A DNA stretch of 62,074 nucleotides from Hydrurus foetidus (taxonomy: Eukaryota): contig UYFQ01000350.1 in assembly GCA_900617105.1 (NCBI GenBank), positions 1 to 62,074 of the forward strand. Direction: 5' to 3'. The position numbers and the translations under genes are program-made. Below the pieces are notes generated by a model. The model did no database searches. It was given only the letters and a program-made list of their open reading frames with translations, and had not been told where the DNA came from. Every line of letters starts with the position of its first letter. The stretch's first letter is position 1. This document shows positions 27,901 to 41,600 of this stretch, piece after piece.

Positions 27901-30900
27901 TTGAGGCCTCTTGGATACCACTACTTGACTAGCATGCACATCGGACACTCGGCTGAGTTCATACCCAGCATGAGCAGTGCACACTACAGCGTGGAAAATA
28001 CAGTCGAATAAAAGCATTTTCTGAGCCTTTTCTTCTTTCTTAATGGCAGGATCTGCTGTAAGGTAGAAGATGTTCGCCAGAACGTTGAATACGCAGTGGC
28101 ATATCTTTCTCCTGACTTGTTTGTCCTCGTGTGTGAGGCACAGACATCTAATCCATTGCTGTATACTGGGGATCTCGCAAGTGCTCATTTCTATTTCTTG
28201 CAAACTTTGTTTGCTAACGCTATGCGACTTCAGGGATAATGGGTCATTCTCAGTATCATCGATTGCGTCTGTCATACTGTTCAAAAGATTGACGCTACTC
28301 TCTACAGGTACACGTAGCGCAGCACTCCCTGATGTCGCCTCACGCAACACCTCCACCCCCTTCTCACTAGCTGTTAACAGCCCCATCACAAGAACAAACG
28401 CATTCTCCGCAAGGGCCTGTAGAGGGGCGGATCCTGGACCTGTAGATTCCGACCTGTACACACATTCCATGGCTGCCTTAACGAATGATACAGTGCTGAT
28501 GCAAGTGAGGACTAGACCGGGAGGTGCCTTTGTCGAATGTCCTGTGGTTTCTTTACTATTTCCTTTGATGGAATGGCTTGATATTGGAGGACATTCATAG
28601 AGAGAGTACGAAGGGTTTCCCTTGTCGTCCTTCGAGTCAAGTGAACTGTACTGTGAGCTGACTTGCCATCGGCTGTACAGAGGGTCGAGTAGTAGAAGGC
28701 GATGCAAGGAGCGATACAGCAATCCGAGAATAAGAGTAGTAGCATCACCATCACTTTTTTGAGGTGAATTTCTCTCCTTTTGATTGTCAACTTCTCTTTT
28801 CTCCGAGTTCTCTTGTTTGATGAGTTTGATTGTGCAGTCTATGAGATGCACCAAATGCTCTGCACCTCCCATATGAAGGAATTGCAATGCCCAGTCAGAA
28901 ACTTGGGCGGTCTGCGCAGATCCACTTCCCTTGTCCCCTTCCGCTAGAAAACTGTCCACCATTTGTAGTACGTATAACAGACGAAAAGGCGATGCTAAAT
29001 TCAATAGCACTCTTATAGATCCTCCAGTACGTTCGTACGGCATGTCACGTACTTGCTTCAACAGAGCTGGGTGTGTGGGCAATGACTGCAATACCTCCCA
29101 CACAGCAGCTGAAAGATCAAAATTAACACATGCCGCTCCTTGTATCTCTGTCGAGAGATATCCGTCAAGCATGGCTAGCAGTTGGTCCATATGTTGGGGA
29201 CTTTGTCTTAAGAGAGGTATCAAGCTGTCAGACAGTCGACCATTCACGGGAAGATTCGTATCTGTTCCGCTTGTTTGTTGAGTCTGCACTGTAGCAACTG
29301 CTGTTGGTTGGGGTGCTGAATGAGAAGGCATTCCGAGCAGATTTCTGTCCTGCGCTGAGTCACCATACGGCAGCAATGTCATGTCACTCTTAACGGGCAG
29401 AGGAAAGGGAGGTAGCTGGAAGGTTGATTGGAGTAGAGACAGACTAGTGGGTAGCGAACCTGCAGGTGGTAACGTTGTCTCGTCAGCCACACTGGACACT
29501 AGCCAATGCAGTGGCTGTATTACGGCCAAAAGATCACCGGATAAATCTTGAAATGTGATTAAATCTTCGGTTAATGGACCGGACTTCTCAGCGGGACTTC
29601 TGATTGGTCCAGTAGGTGTGGGAATGTCCTTCTTCCTCGCGATAACAGAGTCATGAGGAAGGAATTTAGCTTGACGCAGGGTGATTTCATTTTTCTCCAG
29701 TCTCTCTTGTCCTCCACCCAAGAAAGTCCCACTTAGTAACTGTGGAGATCGTCCGGGTTTGAGCAGCGAAATAACTTCAGGAGATTCTTTGAAATGATTC
29801 GCCACTCTTGCTCTGAGAGTGCCAACAGTTTCAGTGGATCGTAATGTGAGGGTGAAGACAGGACTGTCATCCCTCCCTGCCAATACTTGCAGTGTGATGA
29901 GCTGTACTGGCTGCTGGTCAAATCGTTGAATATACAGCAACAACAGCATGATCAGGCGAGCAACAACCCTTGCAATAGCTTTAGGATCCAATAGAATATC
30001 TCCATCGTCAAACCACTCATCCCACGGACCAGACCCAACAGATGCTGATAATGATGCAATGGAAGTGGAAGAGTCTCTGGGAGTTGTTACAAGGGCTCCT
30101 CCATCTGATTCCCCTATAGGGCCGATCAATCCGAACATTTCTGTTGAAGAGGAGCCACTGGGAGAGAACCCTTCCCACCGTTCAGTAGAGGCATCTGCTC
30201 TATCTGGTGTGCGGTCTGTCCTTCCCTTCTCACTGTCTCCTGCTCTTAAGCTCTGCATGGCTATGGACAATTGTCTGAAACTGATGCGCAGTATGTGGCC
30301 CCGAATAGCATCGCAGTTTCTGAATTTCATCTGTGGGATGCGGTGGTGCACCTCTACTAGTAATGATGTGGCAGCATCGTGCACTAGACTGTCGGAGCAA
30401 CACACAGCCATGCGCCATAGTACAGCCATGCACGATAGCTGTCCAACACGCAACCAAGACCCGTCTAGCTCGACCTTCAGCGACTTATTAGTGACGTTGA
30501 CGAGGAGAAAGAGCTTCAAGCAGAGGATAGCTAGCGGTCCTCTGTTCAACGTATCTGTTTTGTCTCTGCGCGTAACCCAAGGTAATATATCAGATTCAAA
30601 TAGCTTGACAAGAACACCCTCCTCAAAAGCTGCTGACGTTTCTTCCCCCTCTGTAGGAGGAATTAAACAAAGTGCACCGCTGTCTCGTGGTCCCAGACAT
30701 GACAGTTTAGATGATGAAGAGGGGTCTTTAGGATCAGTCTCCTGCGCTAAAGTCGTTAGGAAAGAAGTGAACATTTTGTTTTCCTTCGTCACCATGCCGT
30801 CTATCCACAAAACAACTTGATCTAACGTTTCATTCGTGACTGCTTCCTCCCCTAAAGCCCTCCACAGAAGTTGCAATTGAAAATAAGATATGGTTAGGGA

Positions 30901-33900
30901 ACTACGTGAGAGCACGAATTGGAGAAAGTCGAGTCTTTCGATAACGCCTTTCAAATGGGACATTCTTCCCACTTTCCCCTTGATCTGAATTCTCTTGTCG
31001 TTCAGTGATAGATCAATTGATCTGCTTCTTTTCATTGGTATTGTTGGCAATAGAGACGAACTGAGAGAAAGCTGTGATGGCCCTTCTTTAGGCACGAGGC
31101 CAGAGAGTGCAGAAGTGTCATTTGGATTTCCTGGTGCTGTGTGTGTTGTTGACTGACTCATCAGGGCTGAGTGGTAAGAGGCCAAATCAGCGAACACAAT
31201 GTCCAACATTCTGTGCAGTCTCTGTAACTTCTCTATTTGACTGCATATAGTGGGTAGCTTTGCAGACGTCCCTTTGAACCATGACCGGGAAGGGATTGGA
31301 TAGGTTGCGAGAGTCTTACGTAATAGTCTGAGAGAAACAGGCACACTCATGCCCATCTGAATGTTGTCCAGACAGCGCTGCATTATCAGCTCTCTTTCGT
31401 CTTTGAATTCTTCTTCTAGCAGGTCCACTAGCAGTTGAGTTGCGAGGTCAATTAGTCCTTCATCTACACCCCCTTCCCCTACAGCACCCGTGGAAACAGT
31501 GGGATCCTAAACACAAATACATACATAACCGTGCTTAGAGAGAAGAATAGAAAAATGTACATGAGAAGTGAACAGACAGGAAATTTGCATGGAAAGTGAA
31601 CAGACAGGAAATATGCATGAGAAGTGAACAGACAGGAAATATGCATGAGAAGTGAACAGACAGGAAATATACATGAGAAGTGAACAGACAGGAAATATGC
31701 ATGGAAAGTAACGCTGCGAATTGAATAATTTACAGCAGCTAGGAGGATGTCCATTCTTCCTCATGCCACTTGGCAAGTGCAACATTACCTGAATGAACTG
31801 CCACAGCACTCCGAAACCCAGCCATTGTCTCTGAGGCGCACTGACTACCATTCCCTTCCGACTCACAGACGCCACTCGATCCGACCCTAATGCACTGGAA
31901 CTACTCCTCCCATTGACACTGTTCCTCACACTACTCCCCTGTGACGTGTTCGCTGCAGTGGAGGAGTGCGAGTCTGTGTCTTCTGACGATGCGATGACGG
32001 TGTTCTTTAAAGGATTAACAGCGTCTTCTCGGAATGCAGCAAGGGCGTGTAGTGTGTAGGACTTTATCAGATGCAGTATCTGCTCGGTGTAATCTTTATA
32101 CGGCACTGCGGATATCAGAGTGAACAAATGCATCCGCAGAAAGGGTTCCAGCACAGGCACAATGAGGAGTATCGTTTGATGAAGAACTCTGACCACTGCT
32201 TCGTGCGCCTTCATAGTTGCGAGCCAAAGGGCATCTATGTGTCTCTCAGTCAGTGCTCTTCTGTGCCCTAAAAAAACTAAAATAATGGAACTCTTGGATA
32301 CAAGATCCTGGTGTATAGACTCCCCTACTATTTCCTCGAACACTTTATTGCTCAGTATCCACGTTTCAAGGGCCTCACTGGTGAGTATCGGACCCCTTTC
32401 TCTTTCCCTCTCTTGCCTAGCCTGAGGCTCATCATGCACCACAGCCCCATTGACTCCGGAGGAAATAAAGGCGGATCTCTTCTTAACAAAAACAGCTGCA
32501 CTGGGCATGGCTAGCTCGATGGCTTCTCTCAGCATAGACAGACCGAAGTAGCGTTTCTGATGTTGCAAGAGAGAACATGATGTCGAGTCAAAACAAAACA
32601 AAACAGTATTTGGAGGAGCTTCTTGAAGCATATTTGTCGAATGTAGAGTGATAAATATTCTTCTCAGCGGTCATTTGCGAGTATGAAAATACAGTATTCC
32701 TGCTAAGCTGCGACCTCGACTATATGCTGATTAGCTACGTAGAGAGATCTAGCCACCAAGGAAACAGCATACGATTGAAGTTAAAAAATATTTGCATGAA
32801 GAGAAGAGAATAGCATTCAAAACATATACTGAATAAAATGGAAATTAAAAGAATTCCTATGGATGAGGACACAAAAAACAAAAAAAAAGCGATCGTACCT
32901 GCAGTTGGGAGCAAGTGAGCAATTTAGTACTCACGGACAATCTCAGGTATTCCAAGTTCTCATCTAAACCTTGGGCCTTCGGACTAGTCCCAATCACCAA
33001 CTCCCTCAGTACACCCAACACCTCCTCGAAGTGCGTACGAGAAAAGTCCTTGAATTGAGCGTCAGCATATCTGCTAAACGCAAAGGGCACTCCCTCCTTA
33101 GCTTCCCACACCAGCTGTGGGAAGAGGGTGCGATTGAGGGTTTTACGCAGCTGGTAGATGAGCTGCAGGTGGGATGCGATTATCATGCAAGTAGGAGCTG
33201 GTCTGTCCGGGTCACTCACAGACTGAAACATAGAGTCACCACCACCCTGTATATATTCAAATAGTGGATTGACTTGACTTGACTTGACTTATTGTGCACT
33301 CTCTGTTAGTGTTAGTAAAGAATTCAATTAAATAACTATTCTACTCACTGACCTCTGCAAAATAGGCATTGATAACATCGAAGTGGTGCATAGATGCTCC
33401 GAGAGAAGAGTAAGCCGCTGGTCGTGTAGCAGCCACGTCAGAGTCTGCTGTGGTAGACTGAGACTGAGACTTCAATACCAAATCCTGAGCAGCACTGTCT
33501 GTCTCGATCTTCTTTGCGAGCATTTTGGAGTGCCATGCTGATACTAATTGAGCAGATCCAACATCGTCCTTGGCGTTACTCAGTGCGAAAGAGGCGGGTA
33601 AGGGAATGATTTCATATATTTTACTTGACATGTCGTAGCTGCGTGTATCACCGTCCTCGTAAGTGACTTGATGTTCCTTTGTGCTAGGGCTGTAGGAAAT
33701 GATTCTACCATAGTAGAAGCGCTGATATCTCGACCACCAAACACGGCAAAACTCTCCGACATCTTTCTTGCTGTAATCTAGCTGTAGGTGGCCGTGTACA
33801 CTCGGTGTTTTCTTCCCCACATTGCTTCGACCTTTCTGACCATCATCGCACCAGACATATCTACACTCGTCAAGTGATACTTTTATAGTGTCATCTGCTT

Positions 33901-35119
33901 CCCTGGTAATGCCTTGAAGGGCTGTGTTAGAGCTGTTGTTAGCTTTAGAACCATTAGTTGAAGAGACGGTGTTAGTTGATGTTACTGCAGCGCTTTCGTT
34001 TGATGTACCCTCTGTAGGATCAAGTAGTACTTTATGTCTGTCCTCTTCGCTATTGTATTCAATGATTCGCCCAGATCTCCACACACCCATTCCAACGTTC
34101 TGATCATCAAGGGGGATGAACACCTGCACGGAGTTACCAACTGCCTTATCGCCGTCCAGCACTTTCCTCCACTCATCGGGCCAAAACGTAACATCTTTAC
34201 CATCGCTTACAGCTGTTTCAGGTCTGCCATGTTCCAAAAAGAAAGCTGCTCCTGATCTTGAGATGAATCCCGCTTGGGGCACTGCAAGAAGTTAAAAAAG
34301 TTGAAAGAAGTTAGAGGGGTTATATTAGATAGTGATTGAGGATTTTTGGGTCAATATATCTAGCCATCTTTAAATGTTGCTGTGAGGTACTCTACACCAG
34401 GATAAGTAACACAATTTCAACCCGCGATCTCTAAACACTTAGTATGAAGTAAGATGCTAGCTTGTGTCGCTTGTAGTACCTGTCTGATGCATCTTTATTT
34501 GTTTCACTGTGATGAACTTAAAGTGAGGGACGTTTCCGGTCAGAAGAATATTACGCAAATCGCACAATTCGAGAATACTTTGCGACATCGGCTGTGCCAA
34601 TAAGCGAGATGTTTTTACAAGTAGCTGGGCGACGGACTTTCCATGTTCCCTGTAAAATTGAAGACAATTAAGTCAAATCAGTTTAATACCAATTTAAGTC
34701 TCCGAAGATGTTGCCGTCCTCTCTAGCTGGATTGTAACACAAGTTCAATCAGAATCTATAGTTTGTGATGCACATTCACAGAACAATAAAATTTCCGTAA
34801 AATTAATAAATTAAATGGAGTTCTCCAGAATTACAGCACCCATCGAGGAATTCGTTGTCACCCACCGTAATGTTGTTCGGCGAATAAGAATCTCAATAAA
34901 AATCGGCAGGGAAGATCGTAAAAAGGAAATTGACTCTGGTTCAGTCCAATCCACTGATAAATTGGGGTCAAGGAAAGCATCGACTGCTCTACTGATATCG
35001 AAGCAAAGCTGACATATTCTAGAACCGCTTTCACCGGTGCCGTTGAAAATGTTGGAGACTTCTTTCTTAGAAATCTGCTCTAACTTGCTGAGAAGGCTTC
35101 TAAATTCTGAGTCCATCAT
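12787..35119 (-). CDS. Large multi-exon ubiquitin-specific protease, USP9/24/34-like (peptidase C19)
   Basis: Cys box GLVNQGGTCYMNSLLQQL (~25290-25235), EQKDINEF, LPPTLIIHLKRFEF, FPMDLNMFPYT, His box GIVAHIGAIDRGHYYSFIK...KWLEFND (~22870-22750) and SAYLLLYER. Long helical N-terminus with a ubiquitin-like segment (~29900-29640). ATG at 35119; the last exon splices in phase to TAA at 12787. Not all internal exons were resolved. Confidence 0.9.
14208..17171. repeat. ~3-kb pentamer satellite (ATATG/ATGAG/ATGTG variants) inside the USP gene
   Basis: Directly visible; it generates the spurious HIISY-type ORFs on the minus strand. Confidence 0.97.
17173..17340. mobile_element. 168-bp fold-back (MITE-like) element with (CT)CAAGG...CCTTG(AG) termini
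   Basis: Arms of about 78 bp are near-perfect reverse complements (CTCAAGGCTCCTCATTTATTCCAGG / CCTGGAATAAATGAGGAGCCTTGAG) around the loop AAAACTGAAAA. No clear TSD. Confidence 0.85.
19915..20008. repeat. (CAGTA/CAGTG)n intronic microsatellite
   Basis: Directly visible. Confidence 0.95.
22607..22745. repeat. (CACTA/CACTG)n intronic microsatellite
   Basis: Directly visible. Confidence 0.95.
24238..24495. repeat. (TG)n/(TATG)n compound intronic microsatellite
   Basis: Directly visible. Confidence 0.95.
31560..31709. repeat. 28-bp minisatellite (CATGAGAAGTGAACAGACAGGAAATATG), about 5 copies, intronic
   Basis: Head-to-tail copies without spacers. Confidence 0.93.
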
Positions 35120-35668
35120 TAAGGTGCAAGACTACAGAAGTTAAGCTTTGACAGTCTGATGTGTAAGCTGCTGGAGTAAAATTCCTAACAGTTAGGGTTG
35201 GCGACCGCAATTTAGGGACGGTGCGGGTGCAAATCGCTCAGACCATAAAGTTCAGAGCTCAACACTCTTTTCTAACTCGATCAAGGAATTAAACTCTGCC
35301 CCATCTCGATGAAGCAAAGCAATAATGGAAAGTGAAGTCGAGTAGAATTGTCTCCAGAGTGGAATTTGGAATTGGAATCGGGAGGAGAGTTCTTTGAAAA
35401 TGGCTTCCCAATCCGAGTTGGCGATTTACACGGATTTTTGGAACTTGGAACGCTGAAACGAAAACCGTCGACTCTTCAAGGAACGTACGGTACCGTACCG
35501 TTCCATAGACAGCACTTCGTTCGAGAGAGAGAGTCGATCGATCTCATCCACCTCCAATCTCACTTTCGTCTATCATCTTTTAGTGAGGTAATCTCTTGAG
35601 TTCATGGAATTGCACGGTGTTGACGAGATGACTTCCTCCTCTCCGCTTGACAAGTAAATTTGCAGTAT

Positions 35669-38600
35669 ATGTCGGGGAAAGTGAGCAGTCCGATGAATTT
35701 CTTCGTCGGATCATCAGCTTTTTGCTTTTTCACATTGCTTGTATCTGCACTGCTCGTGCTCTTACTGGGAATATTTAGCGGCAAGCAAGATGCCCTGGGT
35801 CCAAATCCATGCAAAATGACATATAGCAGCGTAAGCAAGAAGATTGTAACTGTGAAATCGAAAAATCGTGTATCTGGATCAAGACTGTACCAGTACAACT
35901 CAAACTCTCTTCAAAGTCTGAATGCTCAGCCCGTTTTATTCATACCGGGACATAAGGGAGAGTAAGTTCGCACGTCTTAGTTACAATATTGGTCGACCAC
36001 CAGCTTGAGCTGAGTCATCGCTGCCCATCCCATATAACTGCTTCTTGTCAAAATCGATTGAGATGTTGCTTGCATTAAGATCTTGATGGTTGGAGCGACC
36101 AGCAGCGACTAAAACGAACTTCTTTTTACAGAGTGGATCAAGTTCGCTCCTTCTCGTCTGCGGAACACAATGGTGACAACGCCTTTCAATATTTTGCGCT
36201 GGACTTTAAAGGAGCTAACAGCGCTTTTCATGGCAGTGATATACTAACACAAGCAGGTGAGAGGCTCAACGGTTGGTAGCGCTTATTGAGTATTTTAATT
36301 TCTTTCAAATCCACTATATTGAAGAAAGAATTTTCTGTGAAGCTCAATTGTTGGCGTCCAGATATCCCTATGTGCTGTAAAACAAACCTAAATCCATACA
36401 ATTTGTCCTTTGCGCTTCTTACGTTTCCGTCCCAGTAATTTTCTGAAAAAGTAGTCACTTTTTTATAAAGTTATGTTTTTATCTTAATAATGTCATTCTT
36501 GAGAAGCGGTAAATTCGATTTTCAATGGTGATTGTTTCGGGGATAGCTATTCAGAGTGACTGTTTGATGAGCACATTAGGGAGATCTAAAACACCCTGCG
36601 CCTTCTGTGACTTTTCATACTGCTAAAGTATTGTACCATTGCGTGGTCGATGTTAAGACAAGCGTTTTACTGCTGATCTGATCCACTTTTAATCTGGACC
36701 CACCCTTATGAACGACAATCCTCACACTAACTGTACCACACTGATCGGTATTAAAAGTGGATCAGCAATAAAACACGTCCATTGATTTCAACGTAGCTGA
36801 TGTGGCATGCTATTGACTGCACTCACTTCTGAGTATAGAACTGAGAGTCTCACAACAAGCAGTATTCCTTATGTCAAAATTTCTCATGCACCCGTAACTA
36901 CTCTTCCTCCGCAGTATTCGCAAACGATGCGTTGAGGACGATTCAAGATCTTTATCAGGCGGCATTCCCTGCACAAAAAGGTGGCATCCAACTTTAAGCT
37001 CAACATCACTGACGTAGCACCATCATTCCTATCAACTGAATGTGAAAAATACAGTTACATTTCGATTAGAAGTTCTTACTTCTGAGCTTTACCTCATTAC
37101 GTTGTGTTTTACCGAATCCGCAGCATATCAATCTCTGTATGCAGCTGTCCTCTCATTTATATGAGGACGAGTTGCTCGAGGATTTCGAAGTAACTTTCAA
37201 TGTGGTATATTTGTGTGTTCAATAGTACGTCATTAGTGTAGGAGGGATCTCTGAAGTAGGAAGTGCACGGCAACAATGTGCATGTCTTTTGTTGCAATAT
37301 TTTTCTGAAACAGAGCGAATACGAAATACGAAACATGCTGAGTGTTGTTCGTTGTAAAATGTTCTGGTCCTTATTGAAATTGAGGATAACTCATATATGA
37401 TGCAGTGCAGTGTGCAGTGCAGTGCAGTATAGTGCAGTGCAGTGTGCAGTGTGCAGTGCAGTGCAGTGCAGTATAGTGCAGTGCAGTGTGCAGTGCAGTG
37501 CAGCATAATGCAGTGCAGTGCAGTGCAGTGCAGTGCAGTGTAGTGCAGTCCAGTAACAGTGCAGTGCAGTGTAGTGCAGAACAGTGTAGTGCAGAGCAGT
37601 GTAGTGTAGTGTAGTGTAGTATAGTGTAGTGTAGTGTAGAGCAGTGTAGTGCAGTGCAGTGCAGTGTAGTGCAGTGTAGTGCAGTGTAGTGCAGTGCACT
37701 GTGCAGTGTAGTGTAGTGTAGTGTAGTGCAGTCTAGTAACAGTGCAGTGCAGTCCAGTAACAGTGCAGTGCAGTCCAGTAACAGTGTAGTGCAGTGCAGT
37801 CCAGTAACAGTGCAGTGCAGTGCAGAACAGTGCAGCGTGTTCATGTTGCAGCTGTATGTGAACATGAACATGAAAATAAAATATACCTCTCCCACTTTCT
37901 TTCCTCCATTTCTCTCAATCCACCTGCCCCATGCACTGCTCTTGTGATTGCGATTGCTCCAGTGTGCGAAGCCATGCATGCGTGTGTGTGTTATGTACTC
38001 GCATAATACATAGTGACTGCGTAGAACGTGATCTTGCATAATTTAAATAACTCTTTTTCTCACTAACAAAACAATACAAGAACAGTCAACATAACTGCCT
38101 CACCAACACAACACCTCTCACACATTCTCACCCTTGAAAATAACTACTACAATTCAGCCCCTAAGATAATCATACTCGCCCATTCTATTGGTGGTATGGT
38201 GGCGAGAACGACAGCACTGCTGAGCAATCATCCGGCAACTTGGTCAACAGAGGATCGTGGATCTGTCGGATTCCAACTTCCTGCTGTAGAGTGTGCCGTG
38301 AGTGACATTATAATGCTCAGCTCGCCCAATAATAGGTGTGTATTAAGATTATTAGATGGGAGTTAAGACGCTTTTCACGTCTAGAATTCTATCGGCATTT
38401 ATTAAACCAAAACGCATCCCCGAAATCTGATTCAATTTGACAGTATTTGGTGCTACGATGCTGGATACTACCAAATAATGTTAATCGTACAATATTTGAT
38501 GGATAATATTTGATGCAAAATTTCCTGATATCTGGTGACAAAACACTCACACACAACAGAGGTCCATACAGCCCTGACGCATCAGTAGACGTGCTATACG

Positions 38601-41600
38601 GTGCAGTGAATAGGGCATGGGCAGGATCGCTCTATCCCACTTCCCAACACTGCAGAGAAACAGGTACAATAAGAATGATAAAGAGAATTAACAGTACAAG
38701 TAGAAATAGAACTAGAACTAGATTCCAGAGCTGTTGACTGATTTGTGGTTCTCAATCTAAATTTAATTATTTGTCAATTCTGCGCTCTAATACTGACTCT
38801 ATTTAATTGATTATACTTAATTGTACTCCATGCACAATTCTCGACCCTTTATATTCATTTTCCTTTTCTGTTCTTAAAAGTGTTAAAAAGTCTTCCAAGT
38901 TATTTTCGTATGAGAGGAACATTCATTTTGCCAACGCCCTTCATCTTTTTTGCAGATGTGATATTTCAGTTATCTCAGTTATCCAGTACCATCCTTCTTC
39001 TCTACCTCTCACACTCTCATTCTTCCTTTTCTCTTCTCTTCTCTTTTCTTCTCTTCTCTTCTCTTCTCTTATCAACATTTTTCTCATACCTCAACCCAAC
39101 CCAACCCTGCACTACTTCTCCTCCCCTCAGACCCCTCTTCCATGTCTATCAAAAAGCGCACCCAAGTCCAGAACACCCTTTCCGACACTGTGAATGGTGT
39201 AACCGCTGAGTGGCACTGTCCGCCATGTGCCGCTAAGATCCGACTGGTCAGCATCACAGGGGGGTCCTTGGACTCTCTGATTCCACCCACTATGACAAGG
39301 TACCTTGCTTTATCATGCTAAATAGAATAATGATAATGGTCGATGAGGATAGCAGTATGTATATAGGAAGGTTAGATGTGGGTGTAATTGATGAGTACTG
39401 GTGTAACCTAACACGATGTCTAATCAGTTCAGAGCTCTTCATGGACCCGTTTGATTTTCTTTTACATTGACTGGTGTTGTCAACTTGTGATAAAGTGGAA
39501 TGGTAAGTGTTGCGCAACATCTGTAACTGTGACGTATCTACGATGGTAACATACACATTGTGGTTTATTTCGGTTTTATGCGCCAGATGATTAGAGGTGC
39601 AGGAGAGAAGAGAAGAAGCACTCCCATTCTATCCGCACATCAAATCACATCACATCATACCATATAACATCACGTCTCATTACATCGCCTCACCCTCAAC
39701 TGTAGCACAAAGCACACGCACTGTATAATCATCCTTATACTCGCACTCACACTCACACTCCACACGCACACTCATAGACTGGATTCTCTAGCCCCAGTGC
39801 CGCGCAATATCACCAAGGAACGTACACCTCCCCCATCGATGCTGTCCGTACTTACACCCGTACTCACCGCACCCATGGCGGTCATCTCCGCAGGTGTACG
39901 TATGGTGGTACGGACAGGAGGTGCCTTGTTCTCTAGCCGCAACGTCACTGCCACTGATAGCAGTACCAACAATAGCAGCAGTATCAGTATTGGGAACAGC
40001 GGTGTGGATCCTAAGACTGCAGGTGCAAGGACTGGTGAGGGAGACGTACGTGCTGAGAGTGAGAGTGAGAGTGAGAGTGGTTCTGCTTCTCACGCAGACG
40101 ATCTGTCCTCACAGATCACAGTGGATGTGGATGTAGATGTCAATGGCGACACCATCCTGCTCCCTCCCACCCCTCCCCCCACACCACTCACAGACGACAA
40201 GTGCGAAATAGCCGGAACCTGCCCGGCCAAAGCCGTTACACCCCAACAGCTGGCTGACGCACTTGAGAAAATCATCCCCCAGGAGAGCAGTCTATCTTCG
40301 GGTAAGGATGTGAAGCGGCCAGCGGCATCAGTCACAGAGGAGGATTGGTCTCACATGCAGAGCTACACGGAGCCGTTACACTTGTCACTGCACACCTCTC
40401 AGCTGTCAGGGGTAACTAACTAAACCAAACCATCTGATGTGATGTTATCTGACTCGTTCATCTTCATCCTGCTTGCCCGTCTATCAATCGGTCCACCTGC
40501 CAATGGAGCGATGTCTGTCCTGCATGCTTGCACATTGCATCGACTTACTGTCTACAATCTATCTACTCACCCACAGCGGGTTGTAACAATTCTCATTCAT
40601 CGTCCAGCATCCCACTGACTTTATTGCTCTTCCCATTCCTATCGCTAAATCATACTCCTTTCACTCTTTCCTTTCTCACATTTAACAATCGATCTATCTG
40701 TGTGTCTCAGGTGCATTTCCCTATCGACCACAATGCGATGCTTTGGTGCAAACAGTTTGTGTCATTTCTATCCTCACGCATGAAGCTTCTCTCTGGTGTG
40801 AATAGTACAGAAGGACCTCTAGACCTAAGAAAAGTTTTTCTCGATATCTCTGATCAGAAAGAGGGAGGGGGTACCAGTGTAGGTGGGAGTGGGGGTGAAG
40901 GGGAGGGGTCGGTGGGATTCGGTGAGATACCAGCAGTCGCTGCTCTGTCAGCTCGCGACTCTTCAAGATCGTCATGGAGAGTGGCACAACAGCAGGACAG
41001 AGTGCACGTGTTGAGGAGATGTACTCTTGGTGTTCCTCAATTGATGGCTTTCGAATTCATCACATCCCATGTATTCAAAATATTCGCATGCTACATACTG
41101 CTCTGCCTCCTGTGCATGTGCTACCCAATCATGGCAGCCCTCACCAACAACACACGCACTACCTCCTCCTCCTCCTCCTCCTCTTGTTCTTGTTCCGCTT
41201 GGTCCCTTATGAACCCCTGGAAGCACTCGCACTTACAAATCCTCTCTCCTGCTCTCGATGCTGTCGTACTGACCATGCTACCCCCTACACTCTCTCACCT
41301 CATCACACCTGACCGTCCTCTCCTCCTCTCCTTACTCTCCCTCTCCTTCATTCTCATCCTTCCCAAGATGCTATATGACTACTTTACTCAACCTTTGGTG
41401 TTTGCATCATCCTATTCTCCTGCTCTCTACTGGATCGTATCGTATGGTATCGCACTCGGAATACGAGCAGTGCTACTCGCTTCTCTCTCTCTCTTTCATT
41501 GGCTGACATCTTCTATATGGTCTATTTTACGAGCTGTCCTGAGGGCTACTTTTTGGTGTCGTGCGATCAGAAGGCCTGCCAAGAGCGCTCTCAAAACTTG

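Noticed and set aside
31560..31709. 28-bp repeats as a CRISPR array
   Set aside because: The copies are head-to-tail without unique spacers, the context is a eukaryotic intron, and no cas genes are present.
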